64,000 nucleotides of DNA, taken from the NCBI GenBank assembly GCA_965262115.1, contig OZ253496.1, positions 2,112,001-2,176,000 on the forward strand. The letters are read 5' to 3'. This DNA comes from Nitrospinales bacterium. GTDB lineage: Bacteria > Nitrospinota > Nitrospinia > Nitrospinales > VA-1. The number at the start of each line of letters is the position of its first letter. Within the stretch, counting starts at the first letter, position 1. The notes under the pieces were generated by a model. That model made no database searches. It was given only the letters and a program-made list of their open reading frames with translations, and was not told the DNA's origin. The position numbers and the translations under genes are program-made. Positions 58,921 through 64,000 of this stretch are shown here, piece by piece.

Positions 58921-60576
58921 TCACTTCCTCAATTTATGGATTTTCCCCTTGGGTTTTTTTGACGACCCGGACGGCCTTGGACTGGCATCCAGGATTTTTT
59001 TATCCACGTTGTCTTCGTATTCTTTGAAATTTTCTATAAATTGGTTTGCAAGTTCCTGGGCTTTTTCGTCGTAGGCTTCCGGATTTTTCCAGGTGTTTCT
59101 AGGCTGAAGGATTTCATCCGGGACCGATTTAACCTTAAGCGGGATATGCAGGCCGAAAACCGGATCTTCCTGAGTTTTCACCTTATCCAACTGGCCTTCG
59201 AGAATAGCCTTGATCATGGCCCGGGTATATTTGATTTCTACCCGGTGTCCGACCCCATAAGGCCCACCCGTCCATCCGGTATTCACCAACCAACAGGACA
59301 CGCCATGTTTGGCAATCCTTTCACCCAGCATATCTGCATAAACGGAAGGGTGCAGGGACATGAATGGAGCGCCAAAACAGGTGCTGAAAATTGCTGTAGG
59401 TTCACGGCTCATGCCTTTTTCGGTGCCTGCCACTTTTGCGGTATAGCCTGAGATAAAATGATACATGGCCTGTTCCGGGGTGAGCTTGGAAACCGGAGGC
59501 ATGACCCCATAAGCGTCGCAGGTCAGCATGATCACGTTATTAGGGTGATCGCCCATACCACTGAGCACGGCATTATTAATATGGGTGATGGGGTAACTGG
59601 CGCGAGTATTTTCGGTGAGACTGGCATCATCAAGATTGAGTCGGCGCGTATCATGATCCAAAACCACATTTTCAAGCAGGGTGCCAAACCGGCGCGTGCA
59701 GTCATAAATTTCGGGTTCAGATTTCCTGGATAGGCGAATCACCTTGGCGTAACAGCCGCCCTCAAAATTAAAAACGCCCCGGTCACTCCAGCCATGTTCG
59801 TCATCTCCGATTAGCTTGCGCAAAGGATCGGCAGATAAGGTGGTTTTCCCGGTTCCTGAAAGCCCGAAAAATATGGCGGAATCGCCACTTTTGCTGATAT
59901 TTGCAGAACAATGCATGGATAACACGGACTGTTTTTGCGGCAGCAGGTAATTTAAAATAGAGAAAACGGATTTTTTAATTTCCCCGGCATAACTCGTTCC
60001 ACCGATCAAAACCAATTGTTTGCCAAAATCAACAATAACAAAAACTTCTGAATGGGTGCCATCAATGGCGGGCACAGCTTTAAAACCGGGAACCTGAATG
60101 ACGGTGAACGCCGGCTCATGAGTTTCCAGTTTGGCCATATCCCGGATCTGGATAAACATGTTTCTCGCAAACAGGCTGTGCCATGCTTGTTCGGTGATGA
60201 CGCGAATATGGGTCTGGTGCTTGGGATCGGAACCAGCGCAACAATCCTGCACATAAACTTCTTTTCCCTGAAGATAAGCCAGTACTCTGGAGTACAGGGC
60301 TTCAAACTGTTCCACCGTGAAAGGCCGGTTGACTTTCCCCCACCAGATGTTCTCCTGGCTGGAAGGCTCCTGAACAATAAACTTATCTTTGGGAGCACGC
60401 CCGGTATGTTCCCCTGTGCTTACGCACACAGGCCCTAAATGGGAAAGATGTCCTTCTCCGTTATTGATGATGTGCTCGTAGAGCTGAGGAGTGGATAAAT
60501 TCCAGTGAATTTTTTCCAGATTTTTTAAGCCATGCGTTTCCAACCCAACTTTATGTTTTAAAACTTTTTGCGGCAT
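58921..60576 (-). CDS. pckA: Phosphoenolpyruvate carboxykinase (ATP)
   Basis: YAGEIKKS, FFGLSGTGKTTLS, IGDDEHGW, NFEGGCYAK. Confidence 0.97.
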   Translation of the reverse strand: MPQKVLKHKVGLETHGLKNLEKIHWNLSTPQLYEHIINNGEGHLSHLGPVCVSTGEHTGRAPKDKFIVQEPSSQENIWWGKVNRPFTVEQFEALYSRVLAYLQGKEVYVQDCCAGSDPKHQTHIRVITEQAWHSLFARNMFIQIRDMAKLETHEPAFTVIQVPGFKAVPAIDGTHSEVFVIVDFGKQLVLIGGTSYAGEIKKSVFSILNYLLPQKQSVLSMHCSANISKSGDSAIFFGLSGTGKTTLSADPLRKLIGDDEHGWSDRGVFNFEGGCYAKVIRLSRKSEPEIYDCTRRFGTLLENVVLDHDTRRLNLDDASLTENTRASYPITHINNAVLSGMGDHPNNVIMLTCDAYGVMPPVSKLTPEQAMYHFISGYTAKVAGTEKGMSREPTAIFSTCFGAPFMSLHPSVYADMLGERIAKHGVSCWLVNTGWTGGPYGVGHRVEIKYTRAMIKAILEGQLDKVKTQEDPVFGLHIPLKVKSVPDEILQPRNTWKNPEAYDEKAQELANQFIENFKEYEDNVDKKILDASPRPSGSSKKPKGKIHKLRK

Positions 60577-60769
60577 GGACGATATTCCTTTATGATATGA
60601 GGGACATGGTTATAACCCTTTGAAAGGGTATGGGTTCCCTTGGTTATTAGCCTGGATGCGTTGAATAACTCGCTAATGATATATAAAAGTTTATCATATT
60701 CACGAAAAATGAAAACCGCTTTTTGCTGTAGATCTTGGTCTTTAAGGATAAATTTTTTAGAATTTTAGA

Positions 60770-61687
60770 ATGTTTCGATTATTTGGCGAAAAAAAGGAAG
60801 AACCTCAGGTGAAGGTTCTGGCGCGAGAAAAAACTCGATATAACGATATTTATGTCATCCAGAATGGGGAGCACCGCGAGCTTTGGTTTAAGGGCTAGGG
60901 TGAATATTTCCTGCAAAGCCGGGTGGACACCCAGGGGCAAAATCCTCTTGCTCTGGTGTACTCGCGCATGATGATGGTTTCCCTGTTATTTTCACCGTAG
61001 CCCGAAAGAATGCTCATGGTGGGTTTAGGCGGGGCTGCAGTCAGCAATTGTCTTGCCCAATGGTTCCCTAAATTAAAAATAGATATTGTGGAGGTGGATG
61101 GGAAGGTTATTGATGTGTCCAAAAAATATTTTTCCCTGCATGAGTCGAGCTGCTGCCGTGTGTTTGAAGAAGACGGGAGGGTGTTCATCCAGAAGCGAAG
61201 GGGCCAGGAACCTTATGACTGGATCATTCTGGACGCGTTTAAAAGCGGGTCGATCCCCTATCATTTGAAGACTTGCGAGTTTTATAAAGAAATTAGCGCG
61301 GTGTTGAAGCCCGGCGGGGTGGTGGGCTCAAATCTTTATGGCAAGGGCAACAGCCTGAAACCCAGGGATATTCAAACTTTTCTTTCGGTATTTCCTCAGA
61401 TCTATTGCTTTGAAGATGATGACCAGATCGCGACGGTACTCATCGCGACGGATGGCGAACGCTGGAGCGAAGAAAAAATCCTGGACCGGGCCTTAACACA
61501 CCGAAAACTGCCGCAACCTTTTTCCATGGAAGATATTGCGAAAGCATACCGGCCCGGGAAATTCCTGGAAGATTCGGTCTCAACATTCAAAGACCATTTC
61601 TCAGGAAACGGATTCCTGCACGATGTGGAGCGGGAAAATCTGCAAAGTTCCAAAGACCGCCGCTATCCCATCATTAACGTTTATTAA
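60770..61687 (+). pseudogene. Spermidine synthase-like SAM-binding protein with two in-frame TAG stops
   Basis: ATG at 60770 in frame with 61010; TAG at 60896-60898 and 60998-61000; VGLGGA, VEVD, EDGR.F, ILDAF. Confidence 0.75.
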
Positions 61688-61699
61688 AAGCGGGTGGAT

Positions 61700-62811
61700 T
61701 CAACTAGTAAGTGCAACAGTTAGTAAAGTTTGTTTTTTGAAGAATAGTTCACAGGGTGTTTTAAAGTCGAGTGTTTTTCTGGGTCGATGATTGAGTTGAT
61801 CCATGATGGTGCCCAGTTTCTTGTGGGTGATGTTATTCAGGGGCGGTGATTTTGGTAAATATTGTCGAATGAGTCCATGGGTGTTTTCGTTCAGGCCCCG
61901 TTCCCAAGGAGACCTTTGCATAACCCGAGATTCTTCGTCACCTTGTTTCTCAGAATGACAAAATGGCCCAGTATTGTCATGCTGAGCTTGTCGAAGCATC
62001 TAGATTCTTCGATTTTTCGACTTATGCAAAGGTCTCGTTCCCAAGAAGCATAAGGATGGGCAAAGTAGATATTAGCCGACAGGGATTGCGCCATTTTCTG
62101 GTGTTCGGCAAACTCCAGCCCGTTGTCACAGGTGATTGTGTGAACCCTGTTTCTATGAGGCCTAAGTCCTTGTTCGAGGGTTTGGCGTACCGACCGGGCT
62201 TGTTGGGTGTTCGATTTGGCCAGAACCGTATATTTGGTTTTGCGTTCTACAAGGGTGGCGATGACCCCCCGGTGTCCGTTGCCAATGATGAGATCGCCTT
62301 CCCAGTCACCGATCCTGGACTTGTTGTTAACGATAGCCGGGCGTTTATCAATGCTGATGCGGTTGGGAATGCGTCCCCGGCGATCTTGTTTACCATAACG
62401 TTTGCGGCGTTTTTTCTGGCAACGCAGGTGATTATGAAGATCACCGCCTTGTTGTTTGTTCTGGTAAATATAGAGGTAAATGCGTTCGTGACTGATCGAA
62501 ATGCCTTGTTCTTTGAACAAACGGCCTGAGATCTGTTCCGGGCTCCAGTCTTGTTTGATCAGGGAGTCCACCATGGTCCAGGTAGAAAAACCGATGCGCG
62601 GTACGGATTTGATTAAACGGCGCATCACAGCCCTCTCCTGGGCTTGTTTTGGCCGGTAACCACGGCGACCTCGATTACGTCTGATCTCACGGCTGATCGT
62701 TGATTTATGGACGGTAAGTACTTTGGCTATCATTGTTTGGTTATGACCCGTTTTTAAGAGTGCTTCAATCTGGTATCGTTGTCCTTGGGTAAGTTGGGCA
62801 TAAACTCTCAT
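61700..62811 (-). pseudogene. IS30 DDE transposase split by a MITE (324 aa when restored)
   Basis: HKSTISREI.RN, WSPEQI, GDWEGD, DNGLEF, SWERG|LNEN; removing 137 bp restores a 975-nt ORF. Confidence 0.9.
61909..62036. mobile_element. MITE copy 4 (128 bp), perfect 15-bp TIRs, 9-bp TSD GTTCCCAAG
   Basis: GAGACCTTTGCATAA / TTATGCAAAGGTCTC; TSD at 61900-61908 and 62037-62045. Confidence 0.95.
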
Positions 62812-62939
62812 CCGCGCTCCTTTGATTTGGCGATTTGAGAAACGCTGTGGAGTTTATCCCAGCTTGCCTCTTAATCAACCATAAAAGTTGTACTTACAAC
62901 TTGAACTCAAGACCATTTAAATCACGAAAAATATTTTTT

Positions 62940-63959
62940 ATGAATTACGATCTGGTAGGGATAGGAAACGCGTTGGTTGATATTGAAGTTCAGGTTGATG
63001 ATGCTTTTATAGAAGAAATATCGGTGACCAAAGGGGGTATGACCCTTTCTTCTGCGAGCGATCAGGAAAAAGTTTTAAATGCCCTACAGTCAAAGCCACG
63101 CAAACTTTCTTCCGGAGGGTCCGCCGCCAACACCATTCATGGCGCCAGTGTTCTGGGGGCCAAATCCTATTACCTGGGCCGTGTGGCCAACGATGATAAT
63201 GGGAAACATTACACAGAAGACATGCGCTCCTGCGAGGTTGGGTTCAGCGGGCCCGGATCCGATGATGAAGGTACCGGCACCTGCGTGATCCTCATCACTC
63301 CTGATGCCGAGCGCACGATGCTGACGAACCTCGGTGTCTCTTCAATGCTTCATCCCGACAACGTCGATGAAACCATCATCCGGGATGCCAAGGCGGTTTA
63401 TGTGGAAGGCTATTTGTGGACCGGGGACGAAACCCGCGAAGCCGGACTCCATATGGCAAAGCTCGCTAAACAACAGAACATTCCGGTCGCCTTCACTTTG
63501 AGTGATGCGTTTGTGGTCAATACTTTCAAAGACAGTCTGCGGGACTTCATCCAATGGAACGTTGATATTCTATTTTGTAATGAGGTGGAAGCTCAGGCCA
63601 TGACGGGTGAAACCGATTCGAGAAGGGCGTTCGACAAACTACTGGCATGGGTGGACACCCTGTTTTTGACCTTGGGCTCCAAGGGATCGCTGGCCGGGAA
63701 AAGTGGTCATGAGCCGGTGCAGGTCGGCACCTTTCCCGTCGAAGCGGTGGATACCACCGGGGCCGGAGATCTTTTTGCCGCCGGAGCACTTTATGGTTTG
63801 ATCAATGATCGGTCATTGAAGGACTCGGCCATCCTCGGCTCCTATTGTGCGGCGCAGGTAGTTTCCCATATGGGAGGACGGTTGCCGACCCATTCCTACA
63901 CGCGGATAGAAAGTATTCTCACTGAATACCGCAAACATCATCCTTACAGTCCTGCCTGA
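62940..63959 (+). CDS. PfkB-family (adenosine kinase-like) sugar kinase
   Basis: GIGNALVD, GGSAANT, DTTGAGD. Confidence 0.9.
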   Translation: MNYDLVGIGNALVDIEVQVDDAFIEEISVTKGGMTLSSASDQEKVLNALQSKPRKLSSGGSAANTIHGASVLGAKSYYLGRVANDDNGKHYTEDMRSCEVGFSGPGSDDEGTGTCVILITPDAERTMLTNLGVSSMLHPDNVDETIIRDAKAVYVEGYLWTGDETREAGLHMAKLAKQQNIPVAFTLSDAFVVNTFKDSLRDFIQWNVDILFCNEVEAQAMTGETDSRRAFDKLLAWVDTLFLTLGSKGSLAGKSGHEPVQVGTFPVEAVDTTGAGDLFAAGALYGLINDRSLKDSAILGSYCAAQVVSHMGGRLPTHSYTRIESILTEYRKHHPYSPA

Positions 63960-64000
63960 TGCTGTGTCCTGATCTGCGTTTTGGTTTTCTCGGCAGTTAT

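Larger units (their letters stand above)
61696..62908 (-). mobile_element. IS30-family element interrupted by a MITE
   Basis: Imperfect IRs at 61696-61717 and 62887-62908 (17/22). Confidence 0.85.

Noticed and set aside
60896..61000. TAG recoding or readthrough to explain the in-frame stops
   Set aside because: TAG ends intact genes here (ychJ, msrP, rnhB); other lesions are TAA or frameshifts; no pyl genes seen.

Overview
Bacterial chromosomal window, mostly housekeeping genes: radA-ispD-bcp, mutY-queE, ychF, narK-type transporter, rng-rodA, ffh-rpsP-khpA-rimM-trmD-rplS, rnhB-recJ-maf, priA, msrP, mqnC, cobA/hemD, rsmA-pdxA, pckA. A Nitrospinota-like origin is only an impression, not tested. 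Main result: two near-identical IS110-family (IS621-like) elements whose left non-coding ends can be decoded by eye as bridge RNAs. The target-binding guides TTTACCCCT / GTCCCGAAG match both insertion sites (TACCC-CT-TCGGGGCA). The donor guides ACAGTTGC / GCAAG match the circle junction ACAGTTG-CT-TGTAT, which also assembles a TTGACA-N17-TATGTT promoter. The target is a 39-41 bp hairpin mini-element present 10 times here. It sits, without target duplication, inside other repeats, MITEs and copies of itself, and only the two copies perfectly matching the guide next to the core carry the IS. IS copy 2 has a 163-bp tandem duplication giving two target-binding loops. Also present: a 128-129 bp MITE family (15-bp TIRs, 9-bp TSDs, one copy disrupting an IS30 transposase), a type I-C CRISPR-Cas locus with broken cas3 and cas8c and a one-spacer array, an MTase+HNH cassette, a tyrosine recombinase lacking its catalytic Tyr, a DnaA-box/IHF cluster and several pseudogenes. 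All calls come from reading the sequence; no searches were run.
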